Position numbers and translations under genes: made by a program
Notes under the pieces: model-generated
Told to the model about the DNA's origin: nothing
The model's database searches: none
What the model saw: the letters and a program-made list of their open reading frames with translations, nothing else
Source: Dehalococcoidia bacterium
Lineage (GTDB): Bacteria; Chloroflexota; Dehalococcoidia; Lucifugimonadales; JAGWBF01
Direction of reading: 5' to 3'
Length of the DNA stretch: 64,000 nucleotides
Assembly (NCBI GenBank): GCA_965197415.1
Contig: OZ240207.1
Span: 2,858,957 to 2,922,956, forward strand
Shown: one piece after another, positions 25,251 through 33,656 of the stretch
How positions within the stretch are numbered: position 1 is the stretch's first letter
Layout: every line of letters begins with the position of its first letter

Positions 25251-26474
25251 CTATGACCAGGAGACCGGCAGCGACTTCAGGGAGCGAAAGCTGTTCGTGG
25301 GATGGTACTCCAACTCCTCCGACTCCAGGCGCATATCAGGGAACCTCTCGGCCAGAGCCATGAACGCCTCCTGACCCTCCAGGCGGGCCAATGTGGCTCC
25401 AAGGCAATGGTGGATTCCTGAACCGAAAGCCACGTGCCTGTTGGGGTGGCGGGTGATGTCGAAGCGGTCCGGCTGGTCGAATATGTCGGGGTCCCGGTTG
25501 GCAGAAGCGATGTACCACCGCATCCGGTCGTGTTTGCCCACCGTCCGTTCTCCCAGCTCAACCTCTTCGCTGGCGATGCGCCCTATGGACTTGACCGGCG
25601 GGTCATAGCGGAGACATTCCTCCGTGGCTCTTACGGTCATGCCGGCCGGGTCTGACCTGAGCAGCTCCCACTGGTCGGGGTGCCGCATGAACGACAGGGC
25701 GCCGTTGCAAATCAGGTTGATGGTCGTCTCATGTCCGGCCATCAGCAGCAGTAAGGAGTTGGCCAGCGCTTCTTCTCTGCTGTAGGCGCCCGTCTTGACC
25801 CCTCCGGCCAGGATGGACATCAGGTCGTCCTTGGGGGAGTCCACCCTCTCTTCCATCAGAGGCTCCACGTACCCGATAAGCCCCTTGATCCCTTCAGCCA
25901 GGGGTTTCATCCTGCTGCTCTCGCCCCGTCCGATGAATGTCAGCTTCTCGGCCAGATCGCGTATGAAGAGCCTGTCCTCAGTCGGGAGCCCCAGCATCTG
26001 GGCAATCACCAGCACGGGCAGAGGGGTTGCGAAGTCCCGCATCATGTCCATGCGGCCTTCTTCCTCCACCTCGTCGAGCAGGTACTTGATGGCCGAGCGC
26101 ACCAGAGGACGCCACCTCTCCGTCTCCTTGGGTGTGAAGTAGTGGTGAACCACCCGCCGCATGTCGGTGTGAGTGGGACGGTCCCGCAACGCGAACCAGT
26201 CGGAGAAGAAGTCGGTCACGTAGTGGTACAGGCCCATGTCCTCTTCCTGTATGGGTGGATAGGGCGGACGTGGGTCCAGCTTGTGCTGGACTGAGGAGAA
26301 TAGTTCATGGTGGCGGGCAATCCACACCAGGTGGTCGTAGCGGGTGATAATCCAGATGTCGTACTTCTCGTTCCAGTGGATGGGATCCTCATCCCGGAGC
26401 CGCGCGAAATAGGGATAAGGGTCCGTCATCACTTCCGGGGAGAATATGTCGTCATCGATGGTCTGTATTGCCAT
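25251..26474 (-). CDS. Cytochrome P450
   Basis: Heme loop 'FGSGIHHCLGATLA', 'ETT' I-helix 'LLLMAGHETT' and the ExxR 'ECLR' motif. ATG 26474 follows AAGGAG. Confidence 0.92.
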   Translation of the reverse strand: MAIQTIDDDIFSPEVMTDPYPYFARLRDEDPIHWNEKYDIWIITRYDHLVWIARHHELFSSVQHKLDPRPPYPPIQEEDMGLYHYVTDFFSDWFALRDRPTHTDMRRVVHHYFTPKETERWRPLVRSAIKYLLDEVEEEGRMDMMRDFATPLPVLVIAQMLGLPTEDRLFIRDLAEKLTFIGRGESSRMKPLAEGIKGLIGYVEPLMEERVDSPKDDLMSILAGGVKTGAYSREEALANSLLLLMAGHETTINLICNGALSFMRHPDQWELLRSDPAGMTVRATEECLRYDPPVKSIGRIASEEVELGERTVGKHDRMRWYIASANRDPDIFDQPDRFDITRHPNRHVAFGSGIHHCLGATLARLEGQEAFMALAERFPDMRLESEELEYHPTNSFRSLKSLPVSWS

Positions 26475-26558
26475 GCGTCTCCTTGCCATGATTCGCTTCC
26501 GGCCAAGGATGATTGCTCAACCTATTATGCGCCGACATTCTTGTCAAGGACGTATGGA

Positions 26559-26852
26559 GCGTTTCGGTTTGACACCCATCACGCGCCCAAGTATTCTCAG
26601 CTTAACGCTGTCCGGACGGTGCCCGGCGCCCAATATGTCGAAGGCGGGGTTTCATGGGTCGTCTCGACTGTAAAACGGCGATAATATCGGGTGGAGCCAG
26701 AGGTCAGGAAGCTGAAGAGGCCCGTCTCTTCGCGTCCGAGGGCGCCAATGCGTTAATCGGCGACATCCGGGACGAACTTGGTGCACAGGTGGAGGAGGAA
26801 ATCCGCGAGCTTGGCGGCGCCGCAGACTATGTGCACCTTGACGTGACTCAGG
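26559..26852. repeat. Copy A of a diverged ~294-bp duplication (promoter + 5' end of SDR gene)
   Basis: Hand alignment to 31980-32273 gives about 42 mismatches in 294 positions and no indels. Confidence 0.85.
26569..26597 (+). promoter_or_regulatory. Promoter candidate TTGACA-17-TATTCT (copy A)
   Basis: Hexamers at 26569-26574 and 26592-26597. Both hexamers and the spacing are conserved in copy B. Confidence 0.55.
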
Positions 26853-26998
26853 GCTGGAGACGGTTCCCACGCTCCCGAAAGCCAAGGGCTAAGGGCCACC
26901 TACGTACAGGCGCCGTTACAATAGGAGGTATTGATGTCCCTGTCCCCTCGAGAAACGGGAGAATTGCCACAAGCTCTTGCGGGAGTGCGTATTGTTGA
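26654..26998 (+). pseudogene. Truncated SDR gene fragment (first ~66 codons homologous to 32075..32833, then unrelated sequence)
   Basis: 'MGRLDCKTAIISGGARGQEAEEARLFASEGA...AADYVHLDVTQ' parallels the intact SDR. After codon ~66 the similarity stops, and the ORF tail overlaps the next gene's start. Confidence 0.7.
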
Positions 26999-29618
26999 TT
27001 TCACTTGGGTGAGGGCAGGCCCATGGGCCACCCGCTGGCTGGGAGCTTTAGGCGCCGAGGTGATCAAGGTCGAGTGGCCGGACAGCGAGAGGGGCAGGGG
27101 CGAAGGAATAGGCACCCCCCCGGGAGTGGAGACCAGCCTGAACACATCGGGGAACTTCAACGACACCAACTGTAACAAGTTGGGTGTAACTCTGAACCTA
27201 CGCAGCCCAAAGGGCCTCGACCTGATAAAGCGTCTCATCTCCATCTCGGACGTGGTCATCGAGAACTTCAGCGCCAGGGCATTGGGGAGTTGGGGATTGG
27301 GTTACGATGAGATGCTTACGCTGAAACCCGACATCGTCTATGTATCCCAGGCAGGGTTTGGCCATACTGGACGTCATCGCCACTACACCACGTTCGGCCC
27401 TATCGCACAGGCCTTTTCGGGGCTGACCTACCAGTCTGGGCTGCCCGGAAAGCCTCCTGCAGGATGGGGCTGGTCCTACCTGGACGACACCGGCGGCATG
27501 TATATGGCCATGGCCACCATGACTGCCCTGTACCACCGCGACATGACCGGCCAGGGGCAGCACGTGGACCTTTCTCAGATGATCGCTGGGATAACCCTGA
27601 ACGGACCCGCGCTGCTGGACGCCACTGTGAACGGCAGACCATCTCGCCGCGAGGGGTATCCCCCGGGGAACCGCTCTGTTTGGCCGGGGATCGCCTTTGC
27701 GAACAACTACCGCGGCCGCACCGCCGCTCCCCACAACGCCTACCGCACCAAGGGGGACGGCTACAACGACTGGTGTGCCATCGCCTGTTTTTCCGACGAG
27801 GAATGGCAAAACCTGGTCCGTGCGATGGGCAGTCCTGCCTGGGCCACTGATGGCCGATTCACCAGCCTCGAAAGTCGACTCCAGCGCCAGGAGGAACTGG
27901 ACCGGCACATTCAGGAATGGACCCTGACGCTGGAGAAGTACGAGTTGATGGAGCGCTGCCAGGCAGCCGGGGTGGGCGCTATGCCTGTCCAGAGCGTCGA
28001 AGACCGGGTGGAGCACGATCCCCAGCTTCGCCACAGGGAGATGTACACGGAGCTGGACCATCCGGCGCTGGGACCTCGCAAGTTCCAGAACGCACCCTTC
28101 AAGCTCTCCGAGACCCCAGCGTTCCACTATCTGGCGAGCCCGTTGATCGGCCAGCACAACAGGGAGGTCTTCGAGGGTCTCCTGGAGCTGAGCCATGAAG
28201 AGTTGCTGGAAGGATACGAGGACGGCGCCTTTTGGCCCAAGACCAGGGAGCGCTACCCCTATATTGAGGAGATGCTGCAGGGAGGCCCGCTTCCCGCTGG
28301 AGAAGGGCGCAGGCTGTCTCGCCAAAATAGGGGATCAAGAGCGCCGGAGGGAACCGCGTCGGAGACTTCTGGGCACAACGCAAGCGGCCCTCTGTCGGGC
28401 CTCAGGGTACTGGAGCTGGCTGACGAGAAGGGAGAGTTCTGCGGCAAGCTGATGGCGGACCTGGGGGCTGACGTTATCAAAATCGAGCCTCCCGGCGGAG
28501 GCACCAGCCGGACCCTGGGACCTTTCCTCGATGACGTTCCTCACAGAGAGCAAAGCATCTCCTTCTGGCACTACAACACCTCCAAGCGAGGCATCACCCT
28601 CAATCTGGAAACATCGGACGGGAGAAGCCTCTTCCGACGCCTCGCCTCCAACGCAGACGTTATCCTGGAGACTTCGAGACCGGGGCGCCTGCCATCCCTT
28701 GGACTGGGATATCAGGATCTGAAGGAACTGAACCCCCGGTTGATCTTTTGCTCCCTGACTCCCTTCGGCCAGACGGGGCCATGGCGGGACTACGTCACCA
28801 GCGACCTGCTCCACCTGGCTGTCGGAGGCCAGATGGGGTGCTGCGGTTACGACGAGGAGGACCTGCCGGGCGCCCCTCCGATAGCTGGAGGTGGCGGGCA
28901 GGCCTGGCACATAGGATGCCACTATGCCAACATGGCCATCGTGGCAGCTCTGATGCATCGCAACGAATCGGGGCGAGGGCAGTACATTGATGCCTCCATT
29001 CATGACGCCTGCGCCCTCACCACCGAGTTCCACGTAGCCAACTACATATACACCGGCGCGTTCCCCCTCCGGCAGACAGGACGTCACGCCTCTGCCACGC
29101 CCCGTCCCCAGTCTCAGTTCCTCTGTCAGGATGGCAGATATATGCACGCCTCCGTCGGCCAGCTTGGCCCTCGGCAAATAGGCGCGCTGGCTGAGTGGAT
29201 GGACACCTATGGCCTGGCTGGAGATCTGCAAGACCCCAGCTACCAGGATGCCAAGGTAGTCCGGGAGAAGGTCTCCCACATCGGTGACCTCGTGGCGAGG
29301 TTTGCCGCCAACCTCACCGCAGAGGAGTTGGCCTACGGGGGCCAGGAGAGGGGTTTCGGTTGGGGATTGGTCCGGACTCCCGAAGACCTGCTAGAGGACG
29401 GCCACCTGGAGGACCGGGGCTTCTGGGTCGAGGTGGAGCATCCGGAGCTGGGGCGCAGCTTCAAGTATCCCGGGCCTGCAGGCATATACAACGGCTCTCC
29501 CTGGAGGATCCGCCGCCGGGCGCCACTGATCGGAGAAGACAACCAAGAGGTCTACTGCGGAGAGCTGGGGCTTCAGCCGGTGGAGCTGGCGCTCCTCGCG
29601 GAGTCCAAGGTCGTTTAG
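26934..29618 (+). CDS. Tandem fusion of two family-III CoA-transferase modules (about 894 aa)
   Basis: Two N-terminal signatures: 'LAGVRIVDFTWVRAGPWATRWLGALGAEVIKVE' and 'LSGLRVLELADEKGEFCGKLMADLGADVIKIE'. They are joined by a low-complexity linker. SD AGGAGG lies 5 nt before ATG 26934. Confidence 0.88.
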   Translation: MSLSPRETGELPQALAGVRIVDFTWVRAGPWATRWLGALGAEVIKVEWPDSERGRGEGIGTPPGVETSLNTSGNFNDTNCNKLGVTLNLRSPKGLDLIKRLISISDVVIENFSARALGSWGLGYDEMLTLKPDIVYVSQAGFGHTGRHRHYTTFGPIAQAFSGLTYQSGLPGKPPAGWGWSYLDDTGGMYMAMATMTALYHRDMTGQGQHVDLSQMIAGITLNGPALLDATVNGRPSRREGYPPGNRSVWPGIAFANNYRGRTAAPHNAYRTKGDGYNDWCAIACFSDEEWQNLVRAMGSPAWATDGRFTSLESRLQRQEELDRHIQEWTLTLEKYELMERCQAAGVGAMPVQSVEDRVEHDPQLRHREMYTELDHPALGPRKFQNAPFKLSETPAFHYLASPLIGQHNREVFEGLLELSHEELLEGYEDGAFWPKTRERYPYIEEMLQGGPLPAGEGRRLSRQNRGSRAPEGTASETSGHNASGPLSGLRVLELADEKGEFCGKLMADLGADVIKIEPPGGGTSRTLGPFLDDVPHREQSISFWHYNTSKRGITLNLETSDGRSLFRRLASNADVILETSRPGRLPSLGLGYQDLKELNPRLIFCSLTPFGQTGPWRDYVTSDLLHLAVGGQMGCCGYDEEDLPGAPPIAGGGGQAWHIGCHYANMAIVAALMHRNESGRGQYIDASIHDACALTTEFHVANYIYTGAFPLRQTGRHASATPRPQSQFLCQDGRYMHASVGQLGPRQIGALAEWMDTYGLAGDLQDPSYQDAKVVREKVSHIGDLVARFAANLTAEELAYGGQERGFGWGLVRTPEDLLEDGHLEDRGFWVEVEHPELGRSFKYPGPAGIYNGSPWRIRRRAPLIGEDNQEVYCGELGLQPVELALLAESKVV

Positions 29619-29622
29619 ACTT

Positions 29623-29826
29623 CTATTGGTTGCCGTTCCAGAGGTTGTCCAAGATACCCACTGGAGACAGTGAGAGCTGCTTCAATTTGACACCCACGGC
29701 CCTGTATATGGCGTTGGCCACATCAGCCGTGGGAGGCGCCAGCGTCACGTCTCCCATTCCTCGGGCTCCGAAGGGATGTCCGGGGTTCGCTGCCTCTACG
29801 GTCCCTAGCCAGGGGTGGCGCTCCAC
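29623..29826 (-). pseudogene. C-terminal remnant (~58 codons) of a molybdopterin XDH/aldehyde-oxidase large-subunit gene
   Basis: 'NPGHPFGARGMGDVTLAPPTADVANAIYRAVGV' parallels the C-terminus of 33657..36011 ('NPGHPFGVRGVGEVSLVPPMAAVANAIHDAIGV'). Its upstream part is replaced by the 3' end of the thiolase gene. Confidence 0.65.
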
Positions 29827-31139
29827 ACGGTGAAGTCGCCGTCCAAGGGCATGGGACCGCCGGAGATGGCGACCTCCGGCTTTACCCCCGTGACCTGTCG
29901 CGCACCCGCTCGTCCCTGCAACTGCTGAATGCAGTCCGTGTGCATCCAGAAACGGCTGCGGCCGCTCCCGATGTTGCCGCCGCTGGGGGAAACGGGGTTC
30001 GGCCCTTCGATGCTGATGTCCGTCTGGTAGAAGTCCAACGCCTCTCCAAACTTGATGCCACGGTAGCCCAGGCCTTCAATGTGGAACTGGTGGAACAGGG
30101 AGAAGCCGTCATACATGTTCTCGAAGGAGAGATCGGCTGCGGTAATCCCGGCGCCCTCATAGATCTTCCGGGCCGATCTGGCGGTTTCGGCTTCGACCTC
30201 GTCCAGTGTTGGAGTGAGGCTCCTGGGCTTGATCCGGCTCGACGCATGGTTCAGGATGTAGACGGGCTTCTGCTTCATGTCCTTGGCCCGTTCAGCGGTT
30301 GTGAAGAGGTAGGCGGCGCTCGCCATGACCGGTATGTCGTTATCGAAGAGGTTAGCCGGCTTGGCTATCCACCGGGCGGCCAGATAGTCCTCCTCCGTCA
30401 ATTGTTCAGGCCGATGCTGGGCCCAATAGCCTTCCGGGAACAACAGTCCGTTCCTTCTTGAATTCACCATAAAGGGAGCCATCATGTCGTGGGTCTTGCC
30501 ATACTTTCGGCAGTACTCGGCAAACTGCAGGGCGGTGCCGAAGGACGCCGGGGTACCCCAGAGACGGCTAACCCCGACAGTCCCGGGTACGTCGTCCCCA
30601 GCGTTGGCCCCTCCCTGGTAGTACCGGCCTTCCATGTTGTGCCAGCCCTTGAGCACCAGGCAGGTCTGCGCGAGACCAGCGCCTACAGCCTGGGCGCCTA
30701 GGACAACGGCTTGGGACATACAACCGTAGGGCGGCACCCGACAGTACATGGTGAATTTGACGTTCACCAACTCCGGCATGTTCTTCAACAGCCACTCGGC
30801 GCTCAGCTTGGCGATGCCGTCCAAGGGGTCGCTGGTGGTCTCAAAAGCGTTGATCACTTCCGTGGGTAAGGGTTGGCCTTCCGGCCAGTGAGCCCCGGTA
30901 GCGGTCCCAGGGTCAAGGATCAAACCGTCGACCTGGTCCGGCGAGACGCCTGCGTCCTCTATAGCTCTCCTGAGGGCCAGGATGCTGTTTGCGCCTACGC
31001 TGGTTTCGGGTTTCCAGTCCCAGCGCCGGGCAGTGGGAGAGTGCCCAACACCGACGGCCGCCACCTTCCCTCGGTGTTCCCATAACCCCGTACCCTCTTC
31101 TGTCCGGTACATCGAAATTGGAGCATGTTGAGTGGTCAT
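29805..31139 (-). CDS. Thiolase-fold protein (SCP-x type), DUF35-associated
   Basis: 'KVAAVGVGHS', a candidate nucleophile 'YGCMSQAV' and C-terminal 'SPSGGNIGSG'. It lies directly downstream of a DUF35 gene. Confidence 0.85.
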   Translation of the reverse strand: MTTQHAPISMYRTEEGTGLWEHRGKVAAVGVGHSPTARRWDWKPETSVGANSILALRRAIEDAGVSPDQVDGLILDPGTATGAHWPEGQPLPTEVINAFETTSDPLDGIAKLSAEWLLKNMPELVNVKFTMYCRVPPYGCMSQAVVLGAQAVGAGLAQTCLVLKGWHNMEGRYYQGGANAGDDVPGTVGVSRLWGTPASFGTALQFAEYCRKYGKTHDMMAPFMVNSRRNGLLFPEGYWAQHRPEQLTEEDYLAARWIAKPANLFDNDIPVMASAAYLFTTAERAKDMKQKPVYILNHASSRIKPRSLTPTLDEVEAETARSARKIYEGAGITAADLSFENMYDGFSLFHQFHIEGLGYRGIKFGEALDFYQTDISIEGPNPVSPSGGNIGSGRSRFWMHTDCIQQLQGRAGARQVTGVKPEVAISGGPMPLDGDFTVWSATPG

Positions 31140-31184
31140 TGGTGATTCCTTTCTGAGAGCCTTAGTCCACAAGGATGTGAGTGT

Positions 31185-31595
31185 CTAGCTAACTACCCGC
31201 CACTCGGGGACCTTTTGGCCGTTGGCTGTGGCCTCGAACAGGACCTCCACACTGGCCCCCAACGGGACCTCGTCCACCGGAGTTCCGGGGAGGTGAGAAT
31301 ACATCTGGATGCTCGGGTCGTCGTCCAGCATAATTACCGCGACGTTGAAGGGTTGGTCGTCCTGAAGCAGTCTGATGGGGCAGTCGTAGACCACTCCGTA
31401 GTTGTATATCTTGCCGCGGCCGCTCATCTGCTTCCACTCCAGATTGTCCCCTGAGCCGCACTGGTCGCACGCCGGGACCGGGGGGTGCTGAAGCCTGTCG
31501 CAGGCTTTACAGTTCTGGATCACCAACCGCCCCTCGTTGGCGGCGTCCCAGAAGGGTTTGGTCAGCTCATCGGGCGCCACACCCTGCTTTACCAT
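31185..31595 (-). CDS. DUF35 OB-fold / rubredoxin-like zinc-ribbon protein
   Basis: 'CKACDRLQHPPVPACDQCGS' zinc ribbon followed by an OB-fold-like region. This is the typical partner of SCP-x thiolases. Confidence 0.85.
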   Translation of the reverse strand: MVKQGVAPDELTKPFWDAANEGRLVIQNCKACDRLQHPPVPACDQCGSGDNLEWKQMSGRGKIYNYGVVYDCPIRLLQDDQPFNVAVIMLDDDPSIQMYSHLPGTPVDEVPLGASVEVLFEATANGQKVPEWRVVS

Positions 31596-31979
31596 ATCTC
31601 ATCTCTCCTATTGTTAGTTTCCAGCGACTCGACAACGACGAGCTTTACCAGGTCAACAATACAGTCCGTCTTAACCGAGTCCTAGCTTACACGATTCCTC
31701 TGGCGCTCGAAACGCCACAGCAATCGACGGAACGAATCACGGGGAACTCGCCCGGCGACTTGGTTTGCCATGAGCTTTTAATATACTACATCCTGTTTCC
31801 AGCGAGGTAGAGCGTCATCGATCTACTAGGCAGGCGCTCTGGCTCGCCACGAATTAGCGCCTAACCCAAGATACATGGCATCTCCATGGGCGGTACAGTC
31901 TCGTTCCTTCGGCACACGATGCCGGCGGGCCGTTCGGTGCACTAGAGAACCGGCGCCCGATCCTCAGCAGGTTCCTACG

Positions 31980-32273
31980 GCGTTGCGGTTTGACACCCAT
32001 CCCATGCCCAAGTATTCTCTGCTTAACGGTGTGCGGGCGGCGCCCGGTGCGCAATATGTCCAAGGCGGGGTTTCATGGGACGTCTCGACGGCAAAACGGC
32101 CATCATATCCGGTGGAGCCAGGGGGCAGGGAGCTGAAGAGGCCCGCCTTTTCGCGTCCGAGGGCGCCAGTGTAGTCATCGGAGACATCAGAGATGAACTG
32201 GGCGTCCAAGTGGAGGCGGAAATCCGAGAGCTTGGCGGGGCCGCAGACTACGTGCACCTTGACGTGACCCAGG
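31980..32273. repeat. Copy B of the diverged ~294-bp duplication
   Basis: See copy A (26559-26852). Confidence 0.85.
31990..32018 (+). promoter_or_regulatory. Promoter candidate TTGACA-17-TATTCT (copy B) for the intact SDR gene
   Basis: Hexamers at 31990-31995 and 32013-32018. Confidence 0.55.
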
Positions 32274-32833
32274 AGGACGATTGGCGCAGGGCTGTGGAGT
32301 TTGCCGAGTCAAAGTACGGTGGGCTGAACGTTCTGGTAAACAATGCTGGCATCGTGACCTGGTCCGCCATCGATGAAATGCCCGTTGAGGAATGGGACCT
32401 GGTTATGGCCGTCAACATGCGCGGCGTGTTTCTGGGCACCAAGCACTCCATACCGGCCATGATAAGAGCTGGAGGAGGCTCCATAATCAACATCTCCTCT
32501 GGGGCGGGCATTGCCCCGGCCTCTCCTTCGTCCTCCGCCTACGCCGCCAGCAAGGGCGGGGTGCGGCTTTTCACCAAGGCAACGGCTATCCAACACGCCA
32601 AGGACAACATTCGCTGCAACTCCGTCCACCCCGGCCCCATAGACACACCCATGGTACAAGAGACCCGCATGGCCAGGCCCGATGAGATGGCGGCCCGCAT
32701 GGACCGGGTGCCCTTGGGTCGCATGGGCGAGTCCTCGGAGATAGCTTATGGAGTCCTTTTCCTTGCCTCCGACGAGTCGTCCTACATGACCGGCTCTGAA
32801 GTCGTCATCGACGGCGGCCGGACAGCCATGTAG
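32075..32833 (+). CDS. Short-chain dehydrogenase/reductase (SDR)
   Basis: 'TAIISGGARGQG' cofactor motif, 'NNAG' and the catalytic 'YAASKGG'. Confidence 0.92.
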   Translation: MGRLDGKTAIISGGARGQGAEEARLFASEGASVVIGDIRDELGVQVEAEIRELGGAADYVHLDVTQEDDWRRAVEFAESKYGGLNVLVNNAGIVTWSAIDEMPVEEWDLVMAVNMRGVFLGTKHSIPAMIRAGGGSIINISSGAGIAPASPSSSAYAASKGGVRLFTKATAIQHAKDNIRCNSVHPGPIDTPMVQETRMARPDEMAARMDRVPLGRMGESSEIAYGVLFLASDESSYMTGSEVVIDGGRTAM

Positions 32834-32877
32834 GTCGAGTTAGCGCTAGAGTCAACTCCAGAAACAGGAGGACACCA

Positions 32878-33555
32878 ATGACCAGACGAAAGGGATCAGT
32901 CATATCGGTGGTTTTCGCCGACGTTGACCCGGAAATGGACGATGAATGGAACCGGTGGTACAACGAGGAGCACATACCCGACCTGCTTAAGATGCCCGGA
33001 TACCTGGACGCCGCCCGGTATGAAGCTGTAAGAGGCTCACCCAGGTATCTGGCCATCTATGAACATGAGGATTTCGGCGTGTTCTCCACGCAGGAGCGAA
33101 ACGCCTACCGCGACAATCCTCCGGAGTGGACCCGGAGCATCCAGGAGCGAGGGGGAGCGCGTCTCACCATCCGCAACGTCTACACCCGAATCTACCCTGA
33201 AACAGAAGAGCCGGAAGCACTGGGCCGACCCATGCCTGCGGCGGTCCAGGTGGGGCGTATGGAAGTTCCCGCGGAAATCGAGGAAAAGTACAACCACTAC
33301 TACGACAACATACGTCTGCCCCAGAACACCGCCCTTCCCGGCTGCCTGTACGCCAGGCGGTTCCATTGCATAGAGGGGGGTGGGCCCAAGTATCTGACCC
33401 TCTACGAGTTCGAGCACGAGAACGTCTCGCAGACCATAGCATGGAACGAGTGGCGTAAGACTGACACCATGAACGACTACATTGGGGGCGACTACGACCA
33501 CGCTCCCGGCTCGCCGGGCGTGTACCGCCGTATCTTCCCTCAGCGATCTTTTTAA
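32878..33555 (+). CDS. Hypothetical protein with two tandem ferredoxin-like (EthD/DUF4286-like) half-domains
   Basis: Internal repeat: 'DDEWNRWYNEEHIPDLLKMPGYLDAARYE...YLAIYEHED' vs 'EEKYNHYYDNIRLPQNTALPGCLYARRFH...YLTLYEFEH'. SD AGGAGG. The family assignment is tentative. Confidence 0.5.
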   Translation: MTRRKGSVISVVFADVDPEMDDEWNRWYNEEHIPDLLKMPGYLDAARYEAVRGSPRYLAIYEHEDFGVFSTQERNAYRDNPPEWTRSIQERGGARLTIRNVYTRIYPETEEPEALGRPMPAAVQVGRMEVPAEIEEKYNHYYDNIRLPQNTALPGCLYARRFHCIEGGGPKYLTLYEFEHENVSQTIAWNEWRKTDTMNDYIGGDYDHAPGSPGVYRRIFPQRSF

Positions 33556-33629
33556 CCCTCACCCCAACCCTCTCCCAGCGGGAGAGGGGGTATGTTCCTT
33601 CCCCCAACGGGAAACGCTAGGATGGGGGG
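33556..33629. repeat. Two adjacent copies (reverse then forward, degenerate) of the GC-rich hairpin unit
   Basis: CCCTCACCCCAACCCTCTCCCAGCGGGAGAGGGGG (33556-33590) and CCTTCCCCCAACGGGAAACGCTAGGATGGGGGG (33597-33629). They start right after the stop codon at 33553-33555. Confidence 0.6.
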
Positions 33630-33656
33630 CGGACGAATAATGAAAGGGGGGCGTTG

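Noticed and set aside
27198-29279. 375-aa and 314-aa minus-strand ORFs inside the CoA-transferase fusion
   Set aside because: Antisense shadows. The plus-strand frame carries two complete family-III CoA-transferase signatures.
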